From Candidatus Omnitrophota bacterium (lineage in GTDB: Bacteria > Omnitrophota > Gorgyraeia > Gygaellales > Profunditerraquicolaceae): DNA of 64,000 bases. Below the pieces are notes generated by a model that had not been told where the DNA came from, did not search any database, and saw nothing but the letters and a program-made list of their open reading frames with translations. A program made the position numbers and the translations under genes. The stretch spans positions 7,556 to 71,555 of the forward strand of contig JAHKAP010000071.1 in assembly GCA_018825985.1 (NCBI GenBank). The letters run 5' to 3'. Positions 9,949 through 19,681 of this stretch are shown here, in pieces; positions within the stretch are counted from its first letter, which is position 1, and the number at the start of each line of letters is the position of its first letter.

Positions 9949-10703
9949 TGTTTTAATAATACCCCTATACCTGCTCCGGATTGCCCGCGATTTTCAATGA
10001 TCTCATTATGCTGATAATTATTTTTTATCTCGTTCCAGAATTTATTTACCTGTGCTCCCGGCTCCGGCGGATTCGGGGCAATATCATGAAACGCTATCAG
10101 CGCGCGGTTATTAAGCAGCGCGGAATACATTTCAAAATCTTCTTTTACCCCCTCATAAGTATGGTCACCGTCTATATAAAGGCAATCTACCTTTCTTCCG
10201 TTTAAGATATTCTCCAACTTATGCAATATACTTTCCTGGTGCGAATCGCCCCTGATCAGATATAACTTTTGCCGCTTAAAGGCAAATGACCTATAAAAAG
10301 GCGCCCTCCAGACTGGATATCCCCCGCCGAATTTGCCATAACTCAGGTCTATGCTCACGATAATAGCGTTATCTGCGGCAGCCCGGCTTAAAAGAAAAAG
10401 CGTCCCGCCGCAGGCAGTGCCGATCTCAACTACCACTTCCGGCCTGGCCCTGGCAACAGCTTTAATAAACTCCAGGAGTTCACTTTTGACCTGAAAAGGC
10501 CTGATTAAACCATGGCAACGGTTAAACACAAAATCAACCAGTTCTTCTAAACTATAATTACGGGTTATATCTTTAAGCGTAAATGAATAATAAAACGCTA
10601 ACACTATGTTAACCGGATAACCGATCACTTTTATTAACAGGCCAAAAATCCCTTTTTTCATAACGATCAAGGTTGCCTGCCGGAAAGAATATCCCATGGC
10701 CAT
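9945..10703 (-). CDS. Class I SAM-dependent methyltransferase (Methyltransf_24/CmcI-like, probable sugar O-methyltransferase)
   Basis: VVVEIGTACGGTLFLLS ... IVSIDLSY ... LYIDGDHTYEGV is the CmcI/TylF-like architecture. Confidence 0.55.
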   Translation of the reverse strand: MAMGYSFRQATLIVMKKGIFGLLIKVIGYPVNIVLAFYYSFTLKDITRNYSLEELVDFVFNRCHGLIRPFQVKSELLEFIKAVARARPEVVVEIGTACGGTLFLLSRAAADNAIIVSIDLSYGKFGGGYPVWRAPFYRSFAFKRQKLYLIRGDSHQESILHKLENILNGRKVDCLYIDGDHTYEGVKEDFEMYSALLNNRALIAFHDIAPNPPEPGAQVNKFWNEIKNNYQHNEIIENRGQSGAGIGVLLKQ

Positions 10704-10710
10704 TTACCTC

Positions 10711-11553
10711 TTAAGGTAAAAAATCATTGTTTCTGCCCAAATTGCCCCTCAGCCCGTCCCATATGCCTCTAAAAACTGCTCTTATTTGCCCTTTATACTT
10801 GCTTCTGCCGCAAAATCCGAATAATAATATTGCCTTCATGGCATAAGCAAAAACCATTGCCAGATTATAATAATCCCGGTATTCCAGGTATACATTTACC
10901 TGATTTCGATGGGCATAATAAATCCGGAACGCGTCTTCATAGATTATACCCTTAATACCGCCGACGCTGAATTTTATTTTATCAGTTGATCGCCTCTCTA
11001 TTACTATGCTTTTAGGTGCCCAAAAAATTACATAGCCGTGTTTATTCATCCGCATAGAATATTCGACATCCTCGGCATATAAAAAATATTCTTGTCTAGG
11101 CAGACCGATATCATTAATGAGCTCTCTTGATATCATTGTCCCGCGCCAGGCAAAACCTTTAGTCCTGATCGGCAGGCTGCCGGGTAATTGGCCGGCGCAG
11201 CTTCTTATCGCGCCCAGCCGGATATAATCCTGCCATTTTAAAAGCATTTCTAAAGCATCGGCTTTTACTGAAACATCATCATCCAACAACCAAATCAAAT
11301 CATTGTTTTCACAGGCGACCTTCACCCCCTCGCAATAACCTCCTGCGCTTCCCATATTAGATTCCAGTCGGGCGTAGCGCGCTAACCCCGACATCCCATT
11401 TACAATCTCTTTAGTATTATCATCAGAAGCATTATCAATAACAATTATTTCATTTGGCTTTAAGGTCTGGTTAGCAAGTTCAACTAAAAGGCTTCTTAAC
11501 ATATCCGCGTTGTTATAAGTTACAATTACCACGCCTACTTTTGCCAATCTCAC
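10711..11553 (-). CDS. Glycosyltransferase family 2
   Basis: VGVVIVTYNNADMLRSLL...IIVIDNASDDNT is the GT-A N-terminal signature. Confidence 0.75.
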   Translation of the reverse strand: MRLAKVGVVIVTYNNADMLRSLLVELANQTLKPNEIIVIDNASDDNTKEIVNGMSGLARYARLESNMGSAGGYCEGVKVACENNDLIWLLDDDVSVKADALEMLLKWQDYIRLGAIRSCAGQLPGSLPIRTKGFAWRGTMISRELINDIGLPRQEYFLYAEDVEYSMRMNKHGYVIFWAPKSIVIERRSTDKIKFSVGGIKGIIYEDAFRIYYAHRNQVNVYLEYRDYYNLAMVFAYAMKAILLFGFCGRSKYKGQIRAVFRGIWDGLRGNLGRNNDFLP

Positions 11554-11562
11554 TCCTTTTTC

Positions 11563-11623
11563 TTAGGGACAGCGACTATTTTTCTTCATTATATCGATAG
11601 AAAAATAGTCGCTGTCCCTAATT
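11563..11623. repeat. REP element pair (inverted, hairpin-forming): TTAGGGACAGCGACTATTTTT...AAAAATAGTCGCTGTCCCTAA
   Basis: Perfect 21-bp inverted repeat with a 19-bp spacer. Read directly from the sequence. Confidence 0.9.
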
Positions 11624-12738
11624 AAAATCTTTATATACAAGCCTGTGATTAACTCTAGTTGCCTCTGGACAGTATAAAACTGTTCAACCTTTTTTATTCC
11701 TTCGCTGATGATACTGTCTCTTAAGTCCGCATCGCTTAGAATTTTTTTAACCGCTTCTTTTATTGCCTCCGGGTTTTTGGATTGAACTAAAATCCCGGAT
11801 ACGCCGTCCTCGATTATCTCTCTTAACCCCCCGATATCTGAGGCTACGACAGGCACGCCAATGGCCATCCCTTCAATAGCTATACGGCCAAAACCTTCAG
11901 TCTTGAGGCCTTTTTTGCTTTTTATCTCTATTGATGGTATTACCAGGATATCTAATGCCGCGATAACATTAAATATATTTTCCTTAAAACCCGTAAAGTA
12001 AAAATATTCCCGCATATTTAGATCACTGACCCGCTTTTTTAAATAAGTGAGGTAATCCTCTTCTGCCTGATTGCCTATGAATATATCTCCAATTATAAAA
12101 AAAACAGCGCCAGGGATCTCTTTCTTTAATAAATAGGCTGATTCTATAAAATATTCATACCCTTTCCAGGGGTCTATTCTGCCCACACTGCCGATTAGCA
12201 ATACATCTTTATTAAGAGAATATTCCTGCCTTAATCCAGCAGGGACGATGGGTCCCGGCGCCTCCACGGCATTCGGTATGATAATAAATTTATCTTTATA
12301 TCCAACAAATCTCTTTGTAAATTCTTCAACCACCGCTTTTGAAACCGCAATAACTTTCCGGGAAAGCCCAACAAATAAACAATCCCTCCAGGTAAAAGGA
12401 AATATTACCCTGAGATGCCCGATAAAAGGAACGCCGCTTAAATAAGCAGCTATCCCAGAGCGCATATCCAGGGAATTTACATGCAATAAATCTATCCTGT
12501 ATTTTTTTATATAACGGATAATCCTTATTATGACCATGAGATCCTTAAGAAAACAATGACTGTTAAAAATACTCACATCTATATTAAGTTCCTGTATTCT
12601 TTTTATAAGCGGACCATCGGTATAACTTATTACGCAGGGTGAAAACTGGCTCCGGTCCAAATTCTTTAAAATAGATAGAAGGCTTACCTCTCCTCCGCCG
12701 ATCTGTCCGAATAATGAAATATATAATATATTCCTCAT
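11563..12738 (-). CDS. Glycosyltransferase family 4
   Basis: EGFGRIAIEGMAIGVPVVASDIGGLREIIEDGVSGILV. The last codons and the stop lie inside a REP element. Confidence 0.8.
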   Translation of the reverse strand: MRNILYISLFGQIGGGEVSLLSILKNLDRSQFSPCVISYTDGPLIKRIQELNIDVSIFNSHCFLKDLMVIIRIIRYIKKYRIDLLHVNSLDMRSGIAAYLSGVPFIGHLRVIFPFTWRDCLFVGLSRKVIAVSKAVVEEFTKRFVGYKDKFIIIPNAVEAPGPIVPAGLRQEYSLNKDVLLIGSVGRIDPWKGYEYFIESAYLLKKEIPGAVFFIIGDIFIGNQAEEDYLTYLKKRVSDLNMREYFYFTGFKENIFNVIAALDILVIPSIEIKSKKGLKTEGFGRIAIEGMAIGVPVVASDIGGLREIIEDGVSGILVQSKNPEAIKEAVKKILSDADLRDSIISEGIKKVEQFYTVQRQLELITGLYIKILIRDSDYFSIDIMKKNSRCP

Positions 12739-12740
12739 AA

Positions 12741-13427
12741 TTACTCTTTAGCAAAACGTAAAATGAATAATACCCACAACGCCGCTACCCCATCCCTCCA
12801 AGAGATCTTCTTGCCATCTTCCTTAGTCCGGGGAAAATAAGAAATAGGCACTTCTTTAATATTGACCCCCCGCTTTAGGAGTTTAGCAGTAACTTCAGGG
12901 CAAAACTCAAACCCCCGGCATTTAAGCTGTAAAGATTTTAACAAGCTTGCCTCAATAACCTTGTAACAGGTCGGCTCATCGGTAATCCTTGAACCATAAA
13001 GAAAATTAGTCCACCAGCTCACTAATCGTCCTCCCCAGTAAAAATGCTTATAGGAATAACTATTGGACCGTTTAAGTATCCGCGAACCATAAACAACTTT
13101 TGATTCCCCGGATAGTATCGGCTGTATAAGCGCAGGGTAATCCTGAGGGCTGTATTCTAAATCCGCGTCTTGGATCAATATAATATCACCCGTTGTATCC
13201 TGAATCCCCCTTCTTATAGCCGCGCCCTTGCCCATGTTTTTTGCCAGGTTAAGGCAGATTACCTCAAAGCCGGAATTCTTGACCTTATCCAGCGTAGCAT
13301 CCGTTGAACCGTCATTAACCACTATAACCTCAAAATCAAAACCCAACCTTAAGTCAAATATCTGTTTTAAAACCTCACCTATTGTCCTTTCTTCATTATA
13401 TGCCGGGATAATAATGCTAAGTTTCAC
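12741..13427 (-). CDS. GT2 polyprenyl-phosphate sugar synthase (DPM1/ArnC-like)
   Basis: MKLSIIIPAYNEERTIGEVL...VIVVNDGSTDAT...NMGKGAAIRRGI...LIQDADLEYSP is the DPM1/ArnC-like motif set. Confidence 0.75.
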   Translation of the reverse strand: MKLSIIIPAYNEERTIGEVLKQIFDLRLGFDFEVIVVNDGSTDATLDKVKNSGFEVICLNLAKNMGKGAAIRRGIQDTTGDIILIQDADLEYSPQDYPALIQPILSGESKVVYGSRILKRSNSYSYKHFYWGGRLVSWWTNFLYGSRITDEPTCYKVIEASLLKSLQLKCRGFEFCPEVTAKLLKRGVNIKEVPISYFPRTKEDGKKISWRDGVAALWVLFILRFAKE

Positions 13428-13429
13428 TT

Positions 13430-14926
13430 TTAACCTTTCACTCTATAAATATAAGTCTTGGGTTCGATATCAGACTCATAGACCATCTCAAATTTATCTT
13501 TATATGCACTGACTAAAGGAAGTAAATAATCCCTGGATGAATCCCGGTATATCCTGCCGGCGTCAATTATAACATAATCAACTTTATTCCCCTGAATATA
13601 TTGATACTGTATTTTTGTATCTTTAGTCCTGATAAATGTCCTCACCCTCCGCCTATCAGCATAAACAAAAAGCCAGGCCGGCCTGCGGGATAAAATAATA
13701 CTTTTTTCGGGAGTATTTTTTTTGACCCAATCCGCAGCCTGGAGAAAAGACATCTCAACCGGAGTGAAAAATGGCTTTCTTTTGACTATCAACCATCGGA
13801 TATCCCCTGCGATATTAAGCAAAAGCATAAAAAACAACACCACATAAACCATCTTTTTCTTAGGCATTACTCTCTTTATCCCCAGGATAAGATAATATGT
13901 TATAAAAAATAGGATTGGCATGACATACCTTCCGCCATGATGGGTCCAGGAAAGGCAAAATACAAAAAAATAGATCACGCTATATACGTCCATTAAACCG
14001 AGGCCTTCTTTTCGCACTTTAACTATAAACCCAACCGCTATTAACAAAGCCAGGAGGCATCCTATCGCGAATTTAATGATAAATATCTTATCGTACGGAT
14101 CAATAAACGACAAAAAAGGATACGAATATAGGTCAGGCAACTCTTTGCCTATGGTAGCAGCCAGATTATAAAACCAGCGGTGAACAAAACCAAATAAATT
14201 TCCTGTTCTTAAGGCGAATTCTGAAACATAAGGCAGACGTCTTAAGAATACATTGGAAACCACCCAAAACACCGCAAAAACCAGAACAATAATAAAACAA
14301 ATTACTGACTTCTTGAATTCTTTTCTTAATAAAAAGAATACCGGAATAGATATTATCAAGGCCAGGCCCACCAGCCTGATATAATATGAAATAAATACCG
14401 CCAGTGTTCCAGCCAGCAGATATACAAATTTTTTCGATGAATTTATATCGGCATAGCGGCTGATAAGATATATTGCAATGGTGCTGAATAATATATAGGG
14501 TATCTCAGTCCGAAACTCGGCGGAATAATATACGATCTGTGGACTCAGGGCGATCAGGGGTATTACGAAAACCGTAAATTCATCTTTAAATAAGGCTTTA
14601 GGTATATAAAAAATAAAAAAAACAAAAATAAGCGATAGAATAAATGTCAGGAGCCTTAAAACATAATAATTCTTGGGAAAAAAATGCACCAAAGGCGCTA
14701 ACAAGGCTGGAAAACCATGCGGATAATTATTGATCATTGATTTAGTATGCTGATCGCTGTAACTATCGGCTTTGCCGGGAAGCATGGAATCCGCCATCAT
14801 AACATATATAGCGTCATCCTCATTCATGCCCAAAATGTTATTTAAGCCTGCGGAATAGAATATTCCCGCCAATATCAAAATCAATAAGCTTAAAGAAATT
14901 TTATGCCTATCTATCCTATTCGGCAT
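13430..14926 (-). CDS. GT-C superfamily membrane glycosyltransferase (ArnT/PMT GT39/GT83-like)
   Basis: About 12 TM helices. The first extracytoplasmic loop carries MNEDDAIYV (a DE/DD motif typical of GT-C). It is adjacent to the DPM1-like GT2. Confidence 0.5.
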   Translation of the reverse strand: MPNRIDRHKISLSLLILILAGIFYSAGLNNILGMNEDDAIYVMMADSMLPGKADSYSDQHTKSMINNYPHGFPALLAPLVHFFPKNYYVLRLLTFILSLIFVFFIFYIPKALFKDEFTVFVIPLIALSPQIVYYSAEFRTEIPYILFSTIAIYLISRYADINSSKKFVYLLAGTLAVFISYYIRLVGLALIISIPVFFLLRKEFKKSVICFIIVLVFAVFWVVSNVFLRRLPYVSEFALRTGNLFGFVHRWFYNLAATIGKELPDLYSYPFLSFIDPYDKIFIIKFAIGCLLALLIAVGFIVKVRKEGLGLMDVYSVIYFFVFCLSWTHHGGRYVMPILFFITYYLILGIKRVMPKKKMVYVVLFFMLLLNIAGDIRWLIVKRKPFFTPVEMSFLQAADWVKKNTPEKSIILSRRPAWLFVYADRRRVRTFIRTKDTKIQYQYIQGNKVDYVIIDAGRIYRDSSRDYLLPLVSAYKDKFEMVYESDIEPKTYIYRVKG

Positions 14927-16106
14927 CCAGGATACCCTTAATACTCTCGCTTAATTTATCGGTGCTTAACGTTTCTTCCACCCTCTTGCGTGAATTTTCA
15001 CCCAGGCGTTTCCTGAATTCATCGTCAGAAAGAAGTTTTATTATCCCCGAAGATATTGCCTCAACATCCAATGGGTCTACCAGAATACCGGTAACCCCAT
15101 CCAAGACAGCGTCGGATATGCCGCCGCTCTTTCCGGCAATCACTGCTTTTGAGCAGGCAGCTGCCTCTAAAAATACGATCCCAAAACCCTCGACCTCCCC
15201 GCGTTCAGGGATCTCTCTACTAACTAAAACAAATATGTCGCAGGAATAATAATATCCTGGCAGTTCTTCATCTGCGATATTTCCCTCAAATACCACTTTA
15301 TCCTTAAGGCCTAAATCAGCAACTATTTGCCGCAGGCTTTGTTCGGCCGGGCCATCGCCGACTATATGATACATTGCCTCCGGGATCGCTTTAATTACAT
15401 TGGGCATTGCCCGGATCACTGATTCGTGATTCTTACTCTCTACCAGCCTGCCGACAGTTAAAATCACTTTTTTATTTTCTGATACACTATTTATCCGGCC
15501 GAAAAAAAACTCAAAACGACTCAGGTCAACTACCGGATTTAATACCATTGAATTTAACCCTTTTATTTCCCTTCCTAACAGATCCCGGGTATAACGGCTA
15601 ATGGCAAGGACTAAAGATGAATTTCGTAAAACAAGTTTCATTAGCCACATTGCCTTTTTATCTTTTAATGGCGCGTAAACATCCAGGCCATGAGCAAAAA
15701 CAAAATATGGTATGCTAAATATTTTACTTAATACCAGGGCTGCCGGGCCTATCAGAGACCAGGTATTGACAAAAACAGCCCTGACCGGATGAGATAAACA
15801 ATAAATAAAACCATAGATAAAGAAAATAAGCAGGCTGCGGAAATAATGGTCGAAGCACCTGCCCGCCCTTACCCCCTTCAGGCGTATGACCCGCAGGCCT
15901 GTTTTATCTTCATACTTTTCTGACACGCTTACTCCGGAAGTTATAACGGTTACCTCTTCCCCGGCGCCTTTAATTGCCCGGGCAATATCAAGGCTGTGCC
16001 TGGCCATACCTCCGCTCATCGGCGGAAAATCTATCGTAAGAAAAATAATTTGGCCTATTTTTTTCGGCATACCAGTAACTTCATTAAAGAGTTCTCTAGC
16101 GGACAA
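14916..16106 (-). CDS. Glycosyltransferase family 4
   Basis: EGFGIVFLEAAACSKAVIAGKSGGISDAVLDGVTGILV. Confidence 0.8.
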   Translation of the reverse strand: MSARELFNEVTGMPKKIGQIIFLTIDFPPMSGGMARHSLDIARAIKGAGEEVTVITSGVSVSEKYEDKTGLRVIRLKGVRAGRCFDHYFRSLLIFFIYGFIYCLSHPVRAVFVNTWSLIGPAALVLSKIFSIPYFVFAHGLDVYAPLKDKKAMWLMKLVLRNSSLVLAISRYTRDLLGREIKGLNSMVLNPVVDLSRFEFFFGRINSVSENKKVILTVGRLVESKNHESVIRAMPNVIKAIPEAMYHIVGDGPAEQSLRQIVADLGLKDKVVFEGNIADEELPGYYYSCDIFVLVSREIPERGEVEGFGIVFLEAAACSKAVIAGKSGGISDAVLDGVTGILVDPLDVEAISSGIIKLLSDDEFRKRLGENSRKRVEETLSTDKLSESIKGILDAE

Positions 16107-16807
16107 TAAAAGCTATCAACCCAATAGCTGATTATTACACCCAATTCAGTCGCCGCAGCTGAAACCTTTTGCAACATTTCATTTTTAAAATATGCGAATA
16201 ACGTTCTCCCCATACAATTATAAATTGGAACAATTTCGATTATATCAATCGACTCTTCCTTAAATATACGCCTGTATTCATCTAATCTGCGATAGCGCAC
16301 ATGAGCCGCAGAGCCTGCAACAGGATTTAATGAATCAGTGACCAGTATCCAGGCGCCGGACTTTGCGGATAAGCCGATATTTTTAAGCGCCGAATTAAAT
16401 CCCTGATCATCTACAATATGATAAAGCACATCAAAGATATTGATTATATCAAATTTATCCATCCCTGGATACGGCTCAAGGCTTATATCAACCTGATGAA
16501 ACTCCTGCCCGGGAAATCTTTGCCGCAAAAGCTTAACACTGATATCGGTAATGTCTATTCCGGATACTGACTTAGCTCCTTTTTTTAAGTAATATTCAAT
16601 AAAAAAACCCGTGCCGCAGCCAATGTCTAAGACCTTGGCCCCTTTTACCGCTACGTCATGCCTGGCCAGGCCAAAGCTTAACTTTTTAGCTTTTAGTCTG
16701 TACATATAATAATTATGCACCCGGCTAAAGCCGGTATGCCCTGACCCTAAAAGCGAAAAATCTTTCTTAAACCTCTCCTGCCAAAAATCCTTTGCTTGAT
16801 AAACCAT
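16055..16807 (-). CDS. Class I SAM-dependent methyltransferase
   Basis: Motif I is VLDIGCGTGFF. Confidence 0.7.
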   Translation of the reverse strand: MVYQAKDFWQERFKKDFSLLGSGHTGFSRVHNYYMYRLKAKKLSFGLARHDVAVKGAKVLDIGCGTGFFIEYYLKKGAKSVSGIDITDISVKLLRQRFPGQEFHQVDISLEPYPGMDKFDIINIFDVLYHIVDDQGFNSALKNIGLSAKSGAWILVTDSLNPVAGSAAHVRYRRLDEYRRIFKEESIDIIEIVPIYNCMGRTLFAYFKNEMLQKVSAAATELGVIISYWVDSFYCPLENSLMKLLVCRKK

Positions 16808-16864
16808 ATTTAGGCTTTCGCTGGACCTGAAAAATAAAATGTTTTGATTCCAATGATTACCATA

Positions 16865-16970
16865 AGATTACAAAGATTAAATCGCCGGAATCTTATTTTC
16901 CCGCTACTTAACATAGTCAGCGGGATCCCGCCTACTATTAGATTTGCTTGCGGGAAAAATCTCTGTAATC
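16865..16970. repeat. Degenerate GATTACA(A/G)AGATT copies in inverted orientation flanking a nested hairpin
   Basis: aagattacaaagatt at 16865-16879 and aatctctgtaatc at 16958-16970. Between them lies the hairpin ttttcccgc..cccgct-N12-agcggg..gcgggaaaa. Confidence 0.5.
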
Positions 16971-17008
16971 CTAATACTTATTTTGTACTTGTCTTTATAA
17001 GAACTTTC

Positions 17009-17914
17009 TTAGCTCTTAAATGCCAAAAGCGCCAGGTCTGAATTGAATTGATTAGTATAACCAGGCTTAATTGGCTTGATACTGAACAAATCCCTGGCTT
17101 GCGAAAGCCTATCCCGCAAATAAAGCCTGACATCTTCAGCGCTGCCCTGATCATCTATTCTTTTTGCCGCGAGTCCCGTTTTCCATCCTTTGATAATATT
17201 TCGTATCGGCCAAGGCAGGATATCTCCGACAGCAGATACAAAACCCCTGGCATAATACTTAAAGTCACCCGACCATTCGCCATTATGTATAACGTAATGG
17301 CTTTTAAAACCCGCCTTTTCCGACATAATATTCAATTCCCGAGCTGAAAAAGGAACCTCAACGTCGATCTCCCAGGTTTTAGTCAGCATACGGAAAAGCC
17401 TCACAATTTGATACCAGGGACAAGCTTTATTAGGCACGCTGATATGGGCAAAACCTCCGGTTTTAAGCAGGTCTTTATGGTATATAAGGCATTGTATCCT
17501 TAAATTGCCGCTAAAATGCTCCATAAGCCCGGATGAGACCACCAGATCAAAATTTTCCCTTAGTTTATCCTCAGGGACCTGAAGACAATCAGCGTTTATT
17601 AATTCCGGCTGGCAGCCATACATCTGATATATAGCTTTTGCCAACCCTAGAGCCTTTTGGTTAAAATCTATCAAAGTAACAGATGAACCCATAAGCGCGA
17701 AGGAAAGCGCTGTTGTCCCTGTGCCACAGCCTACTTCAGCAATCCTTAATTTATCCAATGAGATCCCTTTTTCTATAATAATCCTTATTGCCTCCATCCA
17801 ACTCCTCTGGGATGCCATATTTTTAATCCGTATATTCATCATGTCAAACGACATATTTAATTTAGGATCCCAAATTGATTTTTTAGTTTGACTATTCATG
17901 GGCCAAAAACTCAA
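17009..17914 (-). CDS. Class I SAM-dependent methyltransferase
   Basis: Motif I is IAEVGCGTGTTALSFA. Confidence 0.7.
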   Translation of the reverse strand: MSFWPMNSQTKKSIWDPKLNMSFDMMNIRIKNMASQRSWMEAIRIIIEKGISLDKLRIAEVGCGTGTTALSFALMGSSVTLIDFNQKALGLAKAIYQMYGCQPELINADCLQVPEDKLRENFDLVVSSGLMEHFSGNLRIQCLIYHKDLLKTGGFAHISVPNKACPWYQIVRLFRMLTKTWEIDVEVPFSARELNIMSEKAGFKSHYVIHNGEWSGDFKYYARGFVSAVGDILPWPIRNIIKGWKTGLAAKRIDDQGSAEDVRLYLRDRLSQARDLFSIKPIKPGYTNQFNSDLALLAFKS

Positions 17915-18729
17915 TCTCTCCTGGCGATTATGCCGCCATATTCCTTGATGCTGTTGATTGGTTCACCCTTTAAATTATCAATCCGGTAACCTGAGCTTTT
18001 TAGAATTGATATGATTGCCAAGTCTGTTGTGCCATAATCTTTCCAGGCATAGGGGTGCATCTCAATAAAGATTGCCCTGGGAAAACCCTGGCCCCTACGC
18101 AATATATTTTGCGCGCCCATCAGGACCTTTTCCTCATAACCCTCAACATCGATTTTAATTATATCTAGTTTCTCTCCGGAAAAAAAATCATCCAGGGTCG
18201 TGCACGCAACTTCGGTCGCCTTTTTTGTTTTAAGCTTTTCATTAGCAATAACCGCGGAGGTAGATGCAGACAGATTATTAAATTTTATCCTTCCGGGGCG
18301 ATCGCCCACGGCTAAACCCGCTATTTCCAAGGTAGAGCTGAATTTATATCTTTTAACAATCTTTTTTAAGAATTTCAGGTTAGCCGGATCAGGCTCAAAA
18401 GCCACAACCTTCCCATTAGCCCCCGCCCGTTTGGCTAAGGCAAAGGTATAGAATCCGAAAAAAGCGCCTACATCGGCTATGGTGTCCCCCGGCCGCACCT
18501 GCCGCATCATCCCATTCCAAAACTCAGTCTCATACTTTTCTGTAAAATGCCTTAAATAATGGGGTATATAAATAATATCGGTTTTGCTTATTTTACGCTG
18601 CAATAGATCGCCATAGATCAACTTAAGTGAGTATTCGTATGCCGGAGTAATCAGCCTCCAGAAAAAATTAAGTTTTCTTAATACCGGTAAATTCCTGATC
18701 ATCCTGGCAGATTTTTCGATAATATACAT
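17911..18729 (-). CDS. FkbM-family methyltransferase
   Basis: IADVGAFFGFYTFALAK...VVAFEPDPANLKFL...IDVEGYEEKVL is the FkbM domain pattern. Confidence 0.75.
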   Translation of the reverse strand: MYIIEKSARMIRNLPVLRKLNFFWRLITPAYEYSLKLIYGDLLQRKISKTDIIYIPHYLRHFTEKYETEFWNGMMRQVRPGDTIADVGAFFGFYTFALAKRAGANGKVVAFEPDPANLKFLKKIVKRYKFSSTLEIAGLAVGDRPGRIKFNNLSASTSAVIANEKLKTKKATEVACTTLDDFFSGEKLDIIKIDVEGYEEKVLMGAQNILRRGQGFPRAIFIEMHPYAWKDYGTTDLAIISILKSSGYRIDNLKGEPINSIKEYGGIIARRD

Positions 18730-19652
18730 TATTTATTGTTCAAGTAAGTCTTAACGCCCTTTATTTTACCGGTCAGCGCGTAGATGGATTCCAAAAACTT
18801 TTGGGGCCTTAGGTGCCTTATCCCGTAAAAGATAACCGGAAAAATACCCGGGCATGTTTTATCACCCAGGAATAATTCACAACAAACCATAGCTATCTTT
18901 CTTAGGCCCTTAAAGTGTTTTAGCTTGACATAAATACTGTTATGATGAAGCCCGATTATCATCTCTTTAGTCTTATCAACAACGGACTCTCTGTCCGTAG
19001 TAACCTGGTGATGGAATACTCTCACCTTTGGATCGGATATTATTTTATATCCTTTGCCTCTGATAGTTAAACAAACATCATCTTCAAACCTGCGCCAGTA
19101 AGGCAAAAGGTTTTCATCAAAAAATCCCAGCAATTCACGTTTAAAACTCATGTTCGCTCCCCTGAGAGAATAGACCTCTTCAAGCCTATAGGGAATCTTA
19201 TCGGTATTATTATTGCGCCTGCCCCACCAGCTCATCCGGGCAAAAGAATCCGTATATTTTATTACCGCAGCGCCGTCAATAAAGGGGATAATCGGGCCCC
19301 CTACGCCTCCGGTATTAGGATCCGATTCAAAATCAACTACTATTGAGCTTATCCAATCATCAGGCGCAAAGGCATCATCATCAATGAAACAAACAATTTC
19401 ACCCCGGGCTATTTCTAAACCATGGTTCTCGGCGTAGACTATATTTTGTTTATCAACAACAACTTGCTGGATAACCCCTGAGTTATCAACGCTCTCCCGG
19501 ATTTCCTCTATGGCCGCGCAGGTTTCCTGATCATCGGCAGAAATGGCTAGAATGATCTCTAACGGATGATAAACTTGCTTTAGCAATGACTCCAGGCATC
19601 TTCTAAGGTATTGGGAGCGCTTATATGTCGGGACGATCACTGAAACATTCAT
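18729..19652 (-). CDS. Glycosyltransferase family 2
   Basis: MNVSVIVPTYKRSQYLRRCLESLLKQ...CFIDDDAF. Confidence 0.7.
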   Translation of the reverse strand: MNVSVIVPTYKRSQYLRRCLESLLKQVYHPLEIILAISADDQETCAAIEEIRESVDNSGVIQQVVVDKQNIVYAENHGLEIARGEIVCFIDDDAFAPDDWISSIVVDFESDPNTGGVGGPIIPFIDGAAVIKYTDSFARMSWWGRRNNNTDKIPYRLEEVYSLRGANMSFKRELLGFFDENLLPYWRRFEDDVCLTIRGKGYKIISDPKVRVFHHQVTTDRESVVDKTKEMIIGLHHNSIYVKLKHFKGLRKIAMVCCELFLGDKTCPGIFPVIFYGIRHLRPQKFLESIYALTGKIKGVKTYLNNK

Positions 19653-19681
19653 TTACAGGCCTTTAAAATATAATCCTATCC

